A stretch of 64,000 nucleotides of DNA from Spirochaetia bacterium (GCA_965199955.1 CBDATQ010000001.1:288001-352000); one strand, 5' to 3'; counted from the stretch's first letter, positions 30,214-40,799 are shown. Notes: generated by a model not told the origin, from the sequence alone. Program-made: numbers and translations.

Positions 30214-30978
30214 TCAGTCCATGCGCATGCCGCCGTTGACGGCGAGGGTGCTGCCGGTGACGTAGGAGGCCGCCTCCGAGGCCAGGAACAGCACCGCCCC
30301 GGCGCAGTCGGCGGGCTGGCCGAGCCGCCTGGCGGCGGTGGTCAGCCGCAGCGCCTCCAGGGTCTCGGGCGTGTTGGTGCGCTCGTGGATGGCCGTGAGG
30401 ATCACGCCGGGCGCGACGGCGTTGACGGTGATGCCGGCCGGGCCCAGCTCCTTGGCCAGGCTGCGGGTCATCGCCGACAGGCCGCCCTTGGCGGCCACGT
30501 AGGCGGTGGCCCCTCCCCCTCCGCCGGTGTGGGCGGAGATCGAGGAGATGTTGATGATCCTGCCCCAGCCGCGCTCGCGCATGGCCGGGGCCAGCAGCCG
30601 GCTGGTCAGCATCGCCGCGGTGAGGTCGAGCGCCAGCGTGTCATGCCAGGCGGACAGCGGCGCCTCCAGCAGCGGGCGCATGTCGAGGACGTCGCCGGCG
30701 TTGTTGATCAGGATGTCGATCGGCCCGCCCAGCCGCGCGGCGGCCTCCGAGCACAGATGCTCGACCTGTTGGGGGTCGGTCAGGTCGGCGGCGATCGCCG
30801 CCACCGGCGCATCGGAGGCGCGCGCGGCGAGCTCCGCGGCGGCGTCCGCGCTGGAGCGGTAGCCGATCGCGACCGCGGCTCCGTTGTCCATGATCGCCTC
30901 GCTGATAGCGCGGCCGATTCCGGTGGCGCCGCCGGTCACCAGGGCGCGCCGCCCGCGCAGGTCGACGTGCAGATCCAT
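30214..30978 (-). CDS. SDR family oxidoreductase
   Basis: TGGATGIG, NNAG, YVAAK, VNAVAPG. Confidence 0.93.
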   Translation of the reverse strand: MDLHVDLRGRRALVTGGATGIGRAISEAIMDNGAAVAIGYRSSADAAAELAARASDAPVAAIAADLTDPQQVEHLCSEAAARLGGPIDILINNAGDVLDMRPLLEAPLSAWHDTLALDLTAAMLTSRLLAPAMRERGWGRIINISSISAHTGGGGGATAYVAAKGGLSAMTRSLAKELGPAGITVNAVAPGVILTAIHERTNTPETLEALRLTTAARRLGQPADCAGAVLFLASEAASYVTGSTLAVNGGMRMD

Positions 30979-31077
30979 CGCGTACTCCTTCTCGGGTTAT
31001 CCTCGCATGGAGACGATTTCTATCGAGGCAGCCCGGGGCCGCTGGCGCGGCAACCGACAGAGTCGTAGCATTGGCGG

Positions 31078-33264
31078 ATGGCGGCTCGGGAGGGGACGGG
31101 CCATGCCGGCGAGATGCCGACCGCGTCCATGCCGCTGACAGACGAGCAGCGTCAGGTCGCCGATCCGGCGCTGCGCGGCAGCCTGTTCGTGGCCGGACCG
31201 GCCGGCGCCGGCAAGACCGCGGCCGCCGTGCATCGCCTGCGCCGCCTGCTGGCGGCCGGGGTGCGCGCCGACTCGATCCTGGTGCTGCTGCCGCAACGGA
31301 CGCTGGTCCGGCCCTACCGGGACGCGCTCCGCGATCCCGCGCTCGCCGCGGGCGCGGCGGTCACCGTGACCACGGTCGGCGGGTTGGCCAGGCGGGTCGT
31401 GGAGCTGTTCTGGCCGCTGGTCGCCGAGGACGCCGGCTTCGCCGAGCCCGAGCTCGAGCCGGTCTTCCTGACCTTGGAGACCGCCCAGTACTACATGGCG
31501 CGCGTCATGCAGCCGCTGCTGCGCGACGGCTGCTTCGATGCTCTGGCCATCGACCGCAACCGCATCTACAGCCAGGTGCTCGACAACCTCGGCAAGTCGG
31601 CGGTGATGGGCTTCGATTACCTCACGATCGGCTGCCGGCTGCGGGCCGCTTCCGGGAGTGATCCGGTGCAGGAGCGGGTCTACCGCGACGTGCAGACCTG
31701 CGCCACCGCCTTTCGCCGCTTCTGCCTGGAGCACGGGCTGCTGGACTTCTCGCTGCAGATGGAGGTGTTCGCCCGCCACCTCATGGACGTGCAGCCGGCG
31801 CGGCGCTACCTGGTCAGGCTGCATCGTCACCTGATCGCGGACAACGTCGAGGAAGACACCCCGGTGGCGCACGACCTGCTGCTGTCCTGGCTGGGCGAGT
31901 TCGCCTCCGCCGTGGTGATCTGTGACGACGACGCCGGCTACCGCCGCTTCCTGGGCGCCGACCCCGAGGACGGCCTCCGCCTGCGCGACGGCTGCGATGC
32001 CGAGGTGCGCATGGACCGCCTCCCGGAGTCCGACCCTTCGCTGCCGGCGTTCGAGCGCCGGCTCGCCTGGCACCTGCAGCCGCCGGCGCAGCGGCGTGCG
32101 GACGGCCCGGGGCGCGACCCGTTTCAGGTGGGCGGCGACGGCGTGCTGCGCTTCGCCCACCACCGCTACTACCCGGAGATGCTCGACTGGGTGGCGGAGC
32201 GAACCGCCGGGCTGATCGAGGGGGGCGTCGCTCCCGGCCAGATCGTGGTGCTGGCGCCGTTCCTGTCCGATGCGCTCCGGTTCGCGCTGGTCGACCGGCT
32301 GGACCGGCTCGGGGTGCCGGCGCGCTCGCACCGTCCTTCGCGGGCGCTGCGCGAGGAGCCGGCGACCCGCTGCCTGCTGACGCTGGCGGCGCTGGCCCAT
32401 CCGTCGTGGCGGCTGCCGGTCGCGCCGGCCGAGCTTGCCCACGCGCTGGTCGACGCGATCGACGGACTGGACCTGGTCCGTGCGCGCGTGCTGGCCGACG
32501 CCCTGTTCGATCCCGCGCAGGCAGCCGCCGATGGGGCGCTGCGGCCGTTCGCGTCGGCTCCCGCCGGGGTGCACGAGCGTGTCACGTACACCGTCGGCGG
32601 CCGCTACGAGGGCTTGCGCGTCTGGATCGACGACTACCGAGCCGCGGCGGACGTCGACCGGCTCGATCACTTCCTGCGGCGCCTGTTCGGCGAGGTGCTG
32701 TCGCAGCCGGGGTACGGCTTTCACCATGCCCGCCCCCAGGCCCGCGACCATGGCCAGGTCGCGGCCCAACTGGTGGAGTCGGTGCGCAAGTTCCGGTGGG
32801 TGACCGAGCGGCAACTCGCCGAGGCAGGCGAGTCCTCCGACCGCCAGTACGCCGCCACGGTCGCCGACGGCCTGATCGCGGCCCAGTACGTCGATCCGCG
32901 CGATGTGGACGTGGAGGATGCGGTGCTGCTGACGCCGGCCTGGACGTTCCTGATGAGCAACCGGCGGGTCGATCACCAGTTCTGGATCGATGTGGGCGCG
33001 CGCGGCTGGTCGGAGCCGTTGCAGCAGCCACTGACCCAGCCGTACGTCCTCAGCCGCGGCTGGCCCGCGGGCCGCGTCTGGGGGGAGGAGGACGAGGCGA
33101 GAGAGGCCCGCGATCACCTGTACCGGCTGGCGGTCGGTCTGGTGCGGCGCTGCCGCACGGCCATCCACCTGGGCCTCTGCGACGTCAACGAGCAGGGATC
33201 GGAGTACCGCGGCCGGTTCCTGCGCGCCATCGACGCCGTACTGCGCTCGGCGCACGCGGCATGA
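31078..33264 (+). CDS. UvrD/SF1-like helicase with degenerate motor motifs
   Basis: Q-motif LTDEQ, Walker A GPAGAGKT, GLLDF, Walker B degenerate (IADNVEED), no canonical motif V/VI. Confidence 0.72.
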   Translation: MAAREGTGHAGEMPTASMPLTDEQRQVADPALRGSLFVAGPAGAGKTAAAVHRLRRLLAAGVRADSILVLLPQRTLVRPYRDALRDPALAAGAAVTVTTVGGLARRVVELFWPLVAEDAGFAEPELEPVFLTLETAQYYMARVMQPLLRDGCFDALAIDRNRIYSQVLDNLGKSAVMGFDYLTIGCRLRAASGSDPVQERVYRDVQTCATAFRRFCLEHGLLDFSLQMEVFARHLMDVQPARRYLVRLHRHLIADNVEEDTPVAHDLLLSWLGEFASAVVICDDDAGYRRFLGADPEDGLRLRDGCDAEVRMDRLPESDPSLPAFERRLAWHLQPPAQRRADGPGRDPFQVGGDGVLRFAHHRYYPEMLDWVAERTAGLIEGGVAPGQIVVLAPFLSDALRFALVDRLDRLGVPARSHRPSRALREEPATRCLLTLAALAHPSWRLPVAPAELAHALVDAIDGLDLVRARVLADALFDPAQAAADGALRPFASAPAGVHERVTYTVGGRYEGLRVWIDDYRAAADVDRLDHFLRRLFGEVLSQPGYGFHHARPQARDHGQVAAQLVESVRKFRWVTERQLAEAGESSDRQYAATVADGLIAAQYVDPRDVDVEDAVLLTPAWTFLMSNRRVDHQFWIDVGARGWSEPLQQPLTQPYVLSRGWPAGRVWGEEDEAREARDHLYRLAVGLVRRCRTAIHLGLCDVNEQGSEYRGRFLRAIDAVLRSAHAA

Positions 33265-35552
33265 GCGGCCCCGCCGCCGCGACCGCCTCCGCTCCGGCGT
33301 GGCAGGTCCCGCGCGGGTTCACGCCGCGGGAGAGCCAGCGCGCGATCCTGTCCTACGACGGCGGACCGATGGGGATCGCCGCCGTGCCCGGCAGCGGCAA
33401 GACGGAGACCGTTTCCATGCTGGTGGACCGCATCCTGGACCTGCAGGTCCTGGACGGCGAGCAGGAGATCCTGGTCGTCACGCTGGTCAACGCCGCCTGC
33501 GACAATCTCGCCCGCCGCGTGGATCAAGCGACCGCGGCGCGGACCCTGATGCCGGGCGTCGGCTACCGGGTGCGCACGCTGCACTCGCTGGCCGCCGACC
33601 TCGTGCGCGAGCGGCCGGAGGCGGTCGGGTTGACCGATGCCTTCGGGATCGTCGACCAGGAGCAATGCGACCAGATCCGCCGCCAGGTCGCGGTCGCCTG
33701 GCTGCGCGGCAACGGGTCCCGTTGCGAGTGGCTGCTGGATCCCGAGTTGCCGGAGGCGCGCCGTGCGTTCGTGCGCCGCGAGCGGCTGCCGGCGCTGATC
33801 GAGGACCTCGGCGCCGACTTCATCCGCTACGCCAAGGGCGAGCGCGTGCGCCCGGATCAACTGCATGCGGTGCTGCGCGACCACGGGGACGGCGGCGACG
33901 CTCGCCTGGCGGAGATCGGCGCGGCCCTGTACGCCGACTACCAGCGCGCCCTGTCCTACCGCGGCGCGCTGGATTTCGACGACCTGATCTGGCGCGCGCT
34001 GGACCTGCTGGAAGCCGACCCGGAGCTGCTGGGGCGGCTCCGCGAGCGGTGGCCGTTCATCCTGGAGGACGAGGCGCAGGACTCCAGCGAGGTGCAGGAG
34101 CGGATCCTCTCCCTGCTGGCCGGCGAGCAGGGCAACTGGGTCCGCGTCGGTGACCCGAATCAGGCCATCTTCGAGACCTTCACCACCGCCGACCCGAGGT
34201 TCCTGCGCGAGTTCCTGGATCGCGAAGACGTGGGGGCGCGGGAGCTTCCCGAATCGGGCCGCTCGGCCCCGCTCATCATCGCGGTTGCCAACCGGATGAT
34301 CGACTGGACCACCGGCTGCCATCCGGTGGCGGAGGCGCGCGACGCGCTCGGCCTTCCGCACGTGCGCCCGACGCCGCCCGGCGATCCGCAGCCCAACCCT
34401 CCCGACACGCAGGCCACCGTCGCCTTCATCGACAAGCCGTTCGCCCCGGAACGCGAGGCGGCGGCGGTCGCCGATTCGGTCAGCCGCTTCCTGCCGGCCA
34501 ATCCGGACGCGACCGTGGCGGTGCTGGCGCCCAGCAACCACCGCGCGGCCGATCTGGTGCAGGCGATCCGGGAGCGCGGGATGCGCTGCGTGGAGAGCCT
34601 GCTGGCCAGCACCGGCGCCACCCGCGCGGTCGCCGAGGTCGTCGGCCACGTGCTGCGCGCCCTGGCCGAGCCCGGCTCCGCCTTCGCGCTGGCCGACTGT
34701 TACCTGGCGTGGCGGCGCGCCGACCGCGACGATCCGAAGGCCTGGGCCGAGGCGGAGGCGGGAGCGCGCCGGGTACGCGGCTGCGAGGCGCTGGAGGATT
34801 ACCTCTGGCCGCGCCTGGGCCGCGACTGGATGGCCGGGCAGGACGCCGAAGCGGCCGAGCGCGAGCGCTTCGAGCGCTTCGCCGACCTGGTGCGGCGCTG
34901 GCAGGGGGCGGCGGCGCTGCCGATCGACCAGCTCGTGCTGACCGTCTCGCAGGACCTGTTCGAAGAGCCCGACGAGCTGGCGGTCGCCTTCAAGCTGGCG
35001 GTGAGCCTGCGGCAGGCCGGGCGCATGCATCCGCGCTGGGGCATCCGCGAGATGATCGACGAGCTGAAGGCGATCGCCGGCAACCGGCGCCGGTTCGCGA
35101 GCTTCACGCCGGATCAGTCCGGCTTCGATCCCGCGGCGCACCGCGGCGCGGCGGTGGTCGCCACCATGCACAAGGCCAAGGGGCTGGAGTGGGACCGGGT
35201 CTACCTGACCTCCGTGAACGCCTACGACTATCCGGGCGACCCCGACGCCGACCGGTTCATCGCGGAGAAGTGGTACCTGGCCGGCCGGCTCAACGCGGCC
35301 ATGGAGGCATGCGAGGAGGCGCGCTGCCTGCTCGCCGGCGGCGAGTACCGACGCCATGAGGCGACGTGGCGCGCGCGCATCGACTACATTCGTGAGCGTC
35401 TGCGGCTCCTGTTCGTCGGCATCACCCGCGCCAGGCGCGATCTGATCGTGACCTGGAACACCGGCCGGGGAGGCGACATCGGCCCCGCCGCCGCGTTCAG
35501 CGCGCTCGCCGAATGGTGGGATGGGGAGAAGGACAGACATGGCGATCGCTGA
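33261..35552 (+). CDS. ATP-dependent SF1A helicase (UvrD/PcrA/AdnB-like)
   Basis: AVPGSGKT, TLHSLA, LDFDDL, EDEAQDS, VGDPNQAIF, TMHKAKGLEWD, RLLFVGITRARR. Confidence 0.9.
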   Translation: MSGPAAATASAPAWQVPRGFTPRESQRAILSYDGGPMGIAAVPGSGKTETVSMLVDRILDLQVLDGEQEILVVTLVNAACDNLARRVDQATAARTLMPGVGYRVRTLHSLAADLVRERPEAVGLTDAFGIVDQEQCDQIRRQVAVAWLRGNGSRCEWLLDPELPEARRAFVRRERLPALIEDLGADFIRYAKGERVRPDQLHAVLRDHGDGGDARLAEIGAALYADYQRALSYRGALDFDDLIWRALDLLEADPELLGRLRERWPFILEDEAQDSSEVQERILSLLAGEQGNWVRVGDPNQAIFETFTTADPRFLREFLDREDVGARELPESGRSAPLIIAVANRMIDWTTGCHPVAEARDALGLPHVRPTPPGDPQPNPPDTQATVAFIDKPFAPEREAAAVADSVSRFLPANPDATVAVLAPSNHRAADLVQAIRERGMRCVESLLASTGATRAVAEVVGHVLRALAEPGSAFALADCYLAWRRADRDDPKAWAEAEAGARRVRGCEALEDYLWPRLGRDWMAGQDAEAAERERFERFADLVRRWQGAAALPIDQLVLTVSQDLFEEPDELAVAFKLAVSLRQAGRMHPRWGIREMIDELKAIAGNRRRFASFTPDQSGFDPAAHRGAAVVATMHKAKGLEWDRVYLTSVNAYDYPGDPDADRFIAEKWYLAGRLNAAMEACEEARCLLAGGEYRRHEATWRARIDYIRERLRLLFVGITRARRDLIVTWNTGRGGDIGPAAAFSALAEWWDGEKDRHGDR

Positions 35553-36417
35553 CGACCTGACCCTGAGCCAGGCCAGCCTGCAGGACTACGTCGAGTGCCC
35601 GCGCCGGTTCCAGCTTCGCTACCTGGACCGCCGGGAGTGGCCGGCCGTGGAGGCGGAGCCGGCCGGCCGCTACGAGCGGCTGCGTCGCGACGGGGCGGAG
35701 TTCCACCGCATGGTCCACCAGTATCTGCTCGGCGTACCGCCGGAGCGCCTGCGCTCCCTGGCCGAGCACCGGTCCGAGCCCGGCGGCGGGGACGGGTTGG
35801 CCGACTGGTGGCGGTCCTTCTTCGAGCACCGGCCGGCCGATCTGCCGGGGGAGCGCTATCCCGAGGTGACGCTGGCGGCGGAGGTCGCCGGCGGGCGGCT
35901 GGCCGCCAAGTACGACCTGATCGTCGTGGAGGAAGGCGGCGCGGTGATCCTGGACTGGAAGACGGCCGGCCGCCGGCCGCGGGACACGACGGTGGCAGGA
36001 AGGCTGCAGACTCGGGTGTACCCGTACCTGTTGGCGCTGGCCGGCGCCGCGTTGAACGGCGGCGTGCCGATCGCGCCCGAACGGATCGAGATGCGCTACT
36101 GGTACGCGGCGTTTCCCAACGAGCCCACCGTCATCCCCTACGACCGCGACCGGTTCGACGCGGACGGCGCCTACCTCACCGGATTGCTGCAGGAGATCTC
36201 GGAACGGCCGCCCGACGGCTTCGAGCGCACCGAGGACCGTGACCGCTGCAAGCTGTGCACCTACCGTTCGCTCTGCGGAAGGGGGACGGCCGCCGGGGAA
36301 GTGGACCCCGAGGCGACCGCCGCGGCGGACGCGGAGCAGGACTTCGTGCTGCCGATCGACGATGGTGAAGAAGGGATCGGGTTCGACTATGCCGAGGCGG
36401 GCGAGGTGTCCTTCTGA
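35539..36417 (+). CDS. PD-(D/E)XK nuclease (RecB/AddB-type) with four Cys
   Basis: LSQASLQDYVECPRRF, GAEFH, KYDLI, ILDWKT, QTRVY, CKLCTYRSLC. Confidence 0.88.
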   Translation: MAIADDLTLSQASLQDYVECPRRFQLRYLDRREWPAVEAEPAGRYERLRRDGAEFHRMVHQYLLGVPPERLRSLAEHRSEPGGGDGLADWWRSFFEHRPADLPGERYPEVTLAAEVAGGRLAAKYDLIVVEEGGAVILDWKTAGRRPRDTTVAGRLQTRVYPYLLALAGAALNGGVPIAPERIEMRYWYAAFPNEPTVIPYDRDRFDADGAYLTGLLQEISERPPDGFERTEDRDRCKLCTYRSLCGRGTAAGEVDPEATAAADAEQDFVLPIDDGEEGIGFDYAEAGEVSF

Positions 36418-38738
36418 TGGCGGCCGGCGGGATCGCGCCGCGCTGGGAGGAGCCGGCGCCGGTCGCAGTGCCTGCGGCGCTGCGGGACGCCGTCGGCGGC
36501 CCTCCCGTGCTGGCCGAGACCCTGGTGCGGCGCGGCTACGACACCCCGGAGCGCGCCCTGGCGTTTCTGGATCCCCGCCGCTACCGGCCGGCGCCGGCCG
36601 CCGACCTGCCGGACATGGAGCGCGCGGCCGACCGGATCGAACGGGCCCTCCGCGACGGCGAGCGCATCGGCGTCTGGGGGGACTTCGACGTCGACGGCCA
36701 GACTTCGACCACGGTGCTGGTGGAGACGCTGCGGCGCTTGGGAGCCGATCCGCTGTTCCACATTCCCGTTCGCGCGCGGGAGTCGCACGGGGTGGGCGTG
36801 GAGGCGCTGCGCGGGTTCCTGGATTCGGGCGTCACGCTGATGCTCACCTGCGACACCGGCGTGGATGCGCACGAAGCGGTCGAGTACGCGGCCGGCCGCG
36901 GGGTGGACGTGGTCATCACCGACCATCACGACCTGCCCGAGGAACTGCCGCCGGCGCTGGCGGTGATAAATCCGAAGCGGATCGACGGGCCTCACCCGCT
37001 GCGCACCCTGCCCGGCGTGGGGGTCGCGTTCCAGGTGGCGCGCGAGCTGTTCGGCCGCGCCGGCCGCATCGAAGAGTCGCGGGAGCTGCTCGACCTGGTG
37101 GCGCTGGGAGTGGTGGCCGATCTGGCCGAGCAGGTGGACGATACGCGGTTCTGGCTGCAGGTAGGGCTGATGGTGCTGCGGCGCACCGCGCGGGTCGGCC
37201 TGCAGGTGATGATGGAGCTGGCCGAGCTGAACCGGGAGATGCTGGGCGAGGAGCAGATCAGCTTCACGCTGGGACCGCGCCTGAACGCCATCGGCCGGCT
37301 CGGCGACGCCAACCCCATCGTCGAGCTGATGACGACCGGCTCGCGCGAGGCCGCCCGCCGGCAGGCACTGGAGCTGGAGCGGTTGAACGCCCGCCGGCGC
37401 CTGCTCACCGACCAGGTATTCGACGCCGCCTGCGAGCAGATCGAGGCGGACCCGGGCATCCTCGACCACCCCGGCCTGGTCCTCTGGCACTCCGATTGGC
37501 CGGCGGGCGTGATCGGCATCGTCGCCAGCCGGCTGGTCGAGCGCTTCCACCGGCCCACGCTGCTGTTGGCGTCGCCCGCGGACGGGCCGGTGCGCGGCTC
37601 GGCCCGCTCGATCGCGGGCTGCAACGTCACGGCCGCGATCGCCGCCTGCGCGGAGCTGCTGGACGGCTTCGGCGGCCACCCCATGGCGGCCGGCGTGTCC
37701 CTGCAGCCGGACCGGCTGCAGGCGTTCCGCCGGGAGTTGCAGGGCGCCCTGCGCGAGCAGATCGGCGATGGCCCGCCGGCTCCCCGCCTGCCGATCGACG
37801 GCGTGCTCGACCTCGGACAGACCGGCCTGGACCTGGTGGAGGCGCTGGACGGCCTCGGCCCGTTCGGCCCGGGGAACCGGTCGCTCACCTTCGCCAGCCA
37901 CGACGTGACGATCAAGGGGGTCACCGGACTCGGGCGCGGCGGCAAGCACCGCAAGCTGCTGGTCGCGGACCGCACCGGGGCGACCCGCTCGGTGATGTGG
38001 TGGCAGTCGGGCGGCGCCCTGCCTCCGGAGGGCCCCATCGACCTGGCGTACCGGATCTCCGTCAACGACTACCGCGGCAACCGGTCGCTGCAGGTGGAGT
38101 GGATCGACGCCAGGCCGGCCGCCGCTCCCACGGCGATCGCCGTGGGGACCGAGCCGCCGGCCGTCGTCGACCATCGCGCCGGTGACGCTGCGGGCGGACT
38201 GACCGCACTGGTGGAGGGGCTGGCGGAGCCGCCCGTGATTTGGGGCGAGGACGGCGTTGACGAACCGGCGAGCGGCCGCGACCGGATCGGCCCGGCGCAG
38301 ACGCTGGTGGTGTGGACGACGCCGCCGGGGCGCCACGAGCTGCAGCAGGTGCTGCGGCGGGCTCAGCCCCGCACGGTGCACCTGTTCGCGGTCGATCCCC
38401 GGACCGCACGGGCCGACCGGTTTCTGGCGTGCCTGGCCGGGCTGTGCAAGCACGCGGTCCGTCACCGCGAAGGCCGCGTCGCGATCGCCCGGCTGGCCGC
38501 GGCCAGCTCCCACCGCGAAGCGACGGTGCGCGCCGGCCTGGCCTGGCTCGCCGCCCGCGGCGACCTCACCGTGGTGCGCCAGGACGGCGAATCGGTGACG
38601 CTGGCCGACGGCGGTGAGGCTGACCTTGAGGCCAGCGCCCGCGCGGAAGCCGATGTCCGCGAGCTGCTCACCGAGACGGCAGCCTACCGCCTCTTCTACG
38701 CGTCCGTGCCGCTCGACGAGCTGGTGCGGACGCTCTAG
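36417..38738 (+). CDS. recJ: Single-stranded DNA exonuclease RecJ with C-terminal extension
   Basis: GDFDVDG, TCDTG, ITDHH, GPRLNAIGR, RGSARS, FGGHPMAAG, PFGPGN. Confidence 0.94.
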   Translation: MAAGGIAPRWEEPAPVAVPAALRDAVGGPPVLAETLVRRGYDTPERALAFLDPRRYRPAPAADLPDMERAADRIERALRDGERIGVWGDFDVDGQTSTTVLVETLRRLGADPLFHIPVRARESHGVGVEALRGFLDSGVTLMLTCDTGVDAHEAVEYAAGRGVDVVITDHHDLPEELPPALAVINPKRIDGPHPLRTLPGVGVAFQVARELFGRAGRIEESRELLDLVALGVVADLAEQVDDTRFWLQVGLMVLRRTARVGLQVMMELAELNREMLGEEQISFTLGPRLNAIGRLGDANPIVELMTTGSREAARRQALELERLNARRRLLTDQVFDAACEQIEADPGILDHPGLVLWHSDWPAGVIGIVASRLVERFHRPTLLLASPADGPVRGSARSIAGCNVTAAIAACAELLDGFGGHPMAAGVSLQPDRLQAFRRELQGALREQIGDGPPAPRLPIDGVLDLGQTGLDLVEALDGLGPFGPGNRSLTFASHDVTIKGVTGLGRGGKHRKLLVADRTGATRSVMWWQSGGALPPEGPIDLAYRISVNDYRGNRSLQVEWIDARPAAAPTAIAVGTEPPAVVDHRAGDAAGGLTALVEGLAEPPVIWGEDGVDEPASGRDRIGPAQTLVVWTTPPGRHELQQVLRRAQPRTVHLFAVDPRTARADRFLACLAGLCKHAVRHREGRVAIARLAAASSHREATVRAGLAWLAARGDLTVVRQDGESVTLADGGEADLEASARAEADVRELLTETAAYRLFYASVPLDELVRTL

Positions 38739-40732
38739 CCCGAAGTTCCAGGAGCGAAATTGCCTGAAGTCCTTGTGGTCAGGGTAGTTTCTCAATGGTG
38801 CAGGTTCCTGTGCATGGCTACATGCGGGGCGTGACCCCAAGCAGCTCGAAACAGCGCTGCTGAACCGGTGTCGGGTGCGTGTGCAGCGTGAACGTGCTGC
38901 CGCCCTCTGCAACCTGCATCGTGTTCGCCGTCAGCGTGCCCAGCTCAGTGATCAGCGTGCGAAAGCTGTGCACCGGCAACCCGTCCTCGGTGCGCTTGCT
39001 CGACGCCTTGGCCGCCGCGGCCGCCGATCGCTGCGCCGGAGCCACCTCGGAGACCCGCTTGCGCTCGGCGCCCTGTCGATCGTGATCGTCGAACAGCAAC
39101 GGCGCCAGCGAGCGCCGCATGTGCCACTCCACGTAGTAGGCCAGCATGCACAGCAGCACGTGCGCCCGCACCCGATCGGCGCGCCGGTGGTGAATCGGGC
39201 GCACCTTCAGGTCCACGGACTTCATGCACCGAAACGCCCGCTCCACCTTCGACAGCCCCTTGTAGGCGCGCACCGTCTGCGCCGCGTCGAGCACCTGCGG
39301 CTCCACGTTGCTGCGCACGATGTACAGCCCGTCCAGCGCCTGCTCGGCGGCGATCTTGTGCTCATCGCGCCGAAAGCTGAACGACTCGGAGGTGATCTCG
39401 GTCACGAAGTGCTTGCCCACCTTGTAGTGATTGATCACCTTGCCGACCCGCATGCCGATCTCGGCCTCGCCCCGTAGCGGCTGATGGACGCGCTGGGTGG
39501 CCTGAGCGATCGGGGCCAGCTTCTGCTCGGTGGCCTGTAGCAGCTCCTGGCGCTTGCGCTTCCGTTCGTCGGCCAGCAACGGGTTGCGGCACACGATCAG
39601 CCGCTCGCCCGGAAACTCCTCGCTGGTGATCTCGGCCAGGTCGCGCTCGTCGAACAACGACGGCGCCACCTCGCCGGCGGCCACCAGCTTGCGGATCGTC
39701 GGCGCGCGCAGCGTGGTGATCCAGCGCAGCCCCTCCACCTCTTGCAGGTCCTCGCGGATCCTCGCCGCGCTCAGCATCCCGCGGTCGCCGACCAGCACCA
39801 CCCGCGTGAGTCCGAAGCGGGTGCGGATCTTGTCCACCTGCGCGCTCACCGTCTTCGGGTCGGCGGTAGAGCCAGGGAATACCTCCACCGCCACCGGACA
39901 GCCTTCCTGGGTGCACAGCAGCCCGAACACGATCTGCAGCGTGCCCGACTTGCCGTCACGGCTGTGTCCCAACTGCGCCAGCTCGCAGTGGCTGCCCTCG
40001 AAGTAGGTCGAGCTCACGTCGTAGAGCACCAGCGTGTGCTCGCTGAGGTGCTGTTCGGCCAGGCGGTCCTCGATCGCCGCCTGGCGCCCGACCAACCAGT
40101 CCATCGCCTCGTAGAGCTCGTTCTCATCGACCTCCCCCAACCGCAGCGACTCGCCCAGGGTGGACACGGCGCTGGGCGGTGAGAGCGCGCGGGCGGTGGC
40201 CAGCTTGGACTGCGCGTCGATGACGCGGGCGGTGATCATGGCGATGATCAGCTCGCGCGAGCGGCTGGCCTTGCGGGCGATGAGGGTATGGAGTCCGAGC
40301 TGCTTGAGGATGCCCAGCACGGCGGCGACGTGGCCGTGGGGCAGCGAGCGCGTGAGCAGCAACGCATCCGAGACCGAGGCGAAGGCGTGGCCGCCCTTGA
40401 GCAGGGTGCGCAAGCCGTCGACCAGATCAGGGGGCCATTTGGAGAGGTTCGCGAGCGTGCGCTTCTTGACCTTGCCGTGCTCGCGGTAGGACTCGCGGAG
40501 CAGGATGGCAGGGGGAGAGGAGCGGTTGGGGACAGACTCGATGTACATGACTACTGATCTGTGGCAACAGAATACACACAAGTCACGATATGTCAAGATC
40601 AAATAGCATGTATCTCGCCGCTATTCACCACCATATACATGGACACGAAACGACGCCAATCAGCACGCAGATCACCTTGCAACTAATTTCTGTCAATGAA
40701 GTTACGAGAGATTCACGCTCTGGAACTTCGGT
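38739..40732 (-). mobile_element. IS1634-family insertion sequence flanked by CTAG
   Basis: Terminal IRs CCCGAAGTTCCAG / CTGGAACTTCGGT; CTAG at 38735-38738 and 40733-40736. Confidence 0.88.
38818..40548 (-). CDS. IS1634-family DDE transposase
   Basis: MYIESVPNRSSPPAILLRESYR, LYDVSSTYFEG, VGDRGML, VERAFR...VRPIHH...RVRAHVLLCMLAYY. Confidence 0.93.
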   Translation of the reverse strand: MYIESVPNRSSPPAILLRESYREHGKVKKRTLANLSKWPPDLVDGLRTLLKGGHAFASVSDALLLTRSLPHGHVAAVLGILKQLGLHTLIARKASRSRELIIAMITARVIDAQSKLATARALSPPSAVSTLGESLRLGEVDENELYEAMDWLVGRQAAIEDRLAEQHLSEHTLVLYDVSSTYFEGSHCELAQLGHSRDGKSGTLQIVFGLLCTQEGCPVAVEVFPGSTADPKTVSAQVDKIRTRFGLTRVVLVGDRGMLSAARIREDLQEVEGLRWITTLRAPTIRKLVAAGEVAPSLFDERDLAEITSEEFPGERLIVCRNPLLADERKRKRQELLQATEQKLAPIAQATQRVHQPLRGEAEIGMRVGKVINHYKVGKHFVTEITSESFSFRRDEHKIAAEQALDGLYIVRSNVEPQVLDAAQTVRAYKGLSKVERAFRCMKSVDLKVRPIHHRRADRVRAHVLLCMLAYYVEWHMRRSLAPLLFDDHDRQGAERKRVSEVAPAQRSAAAAAKASSKRTEDGLPVHSFRTLITELGTLTANTMQVAEGGSTFTLHTHPTPVQQRCFELLGVTPRM

Positions 40733-40799
40733 CTAGCGAGTTGGAATTATACCAGCAGGATGGCGGCACGCCGTTTGACCGTGCGCGTGGCCGGCGGGG

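Noticed and set aside
35539..36417. Cas4 / CRISPR adaptation gene
   Set aside because: The 4-Cys nuclease fold is shared with AddB; no cas genes or array, and the context is helicase-RecJ
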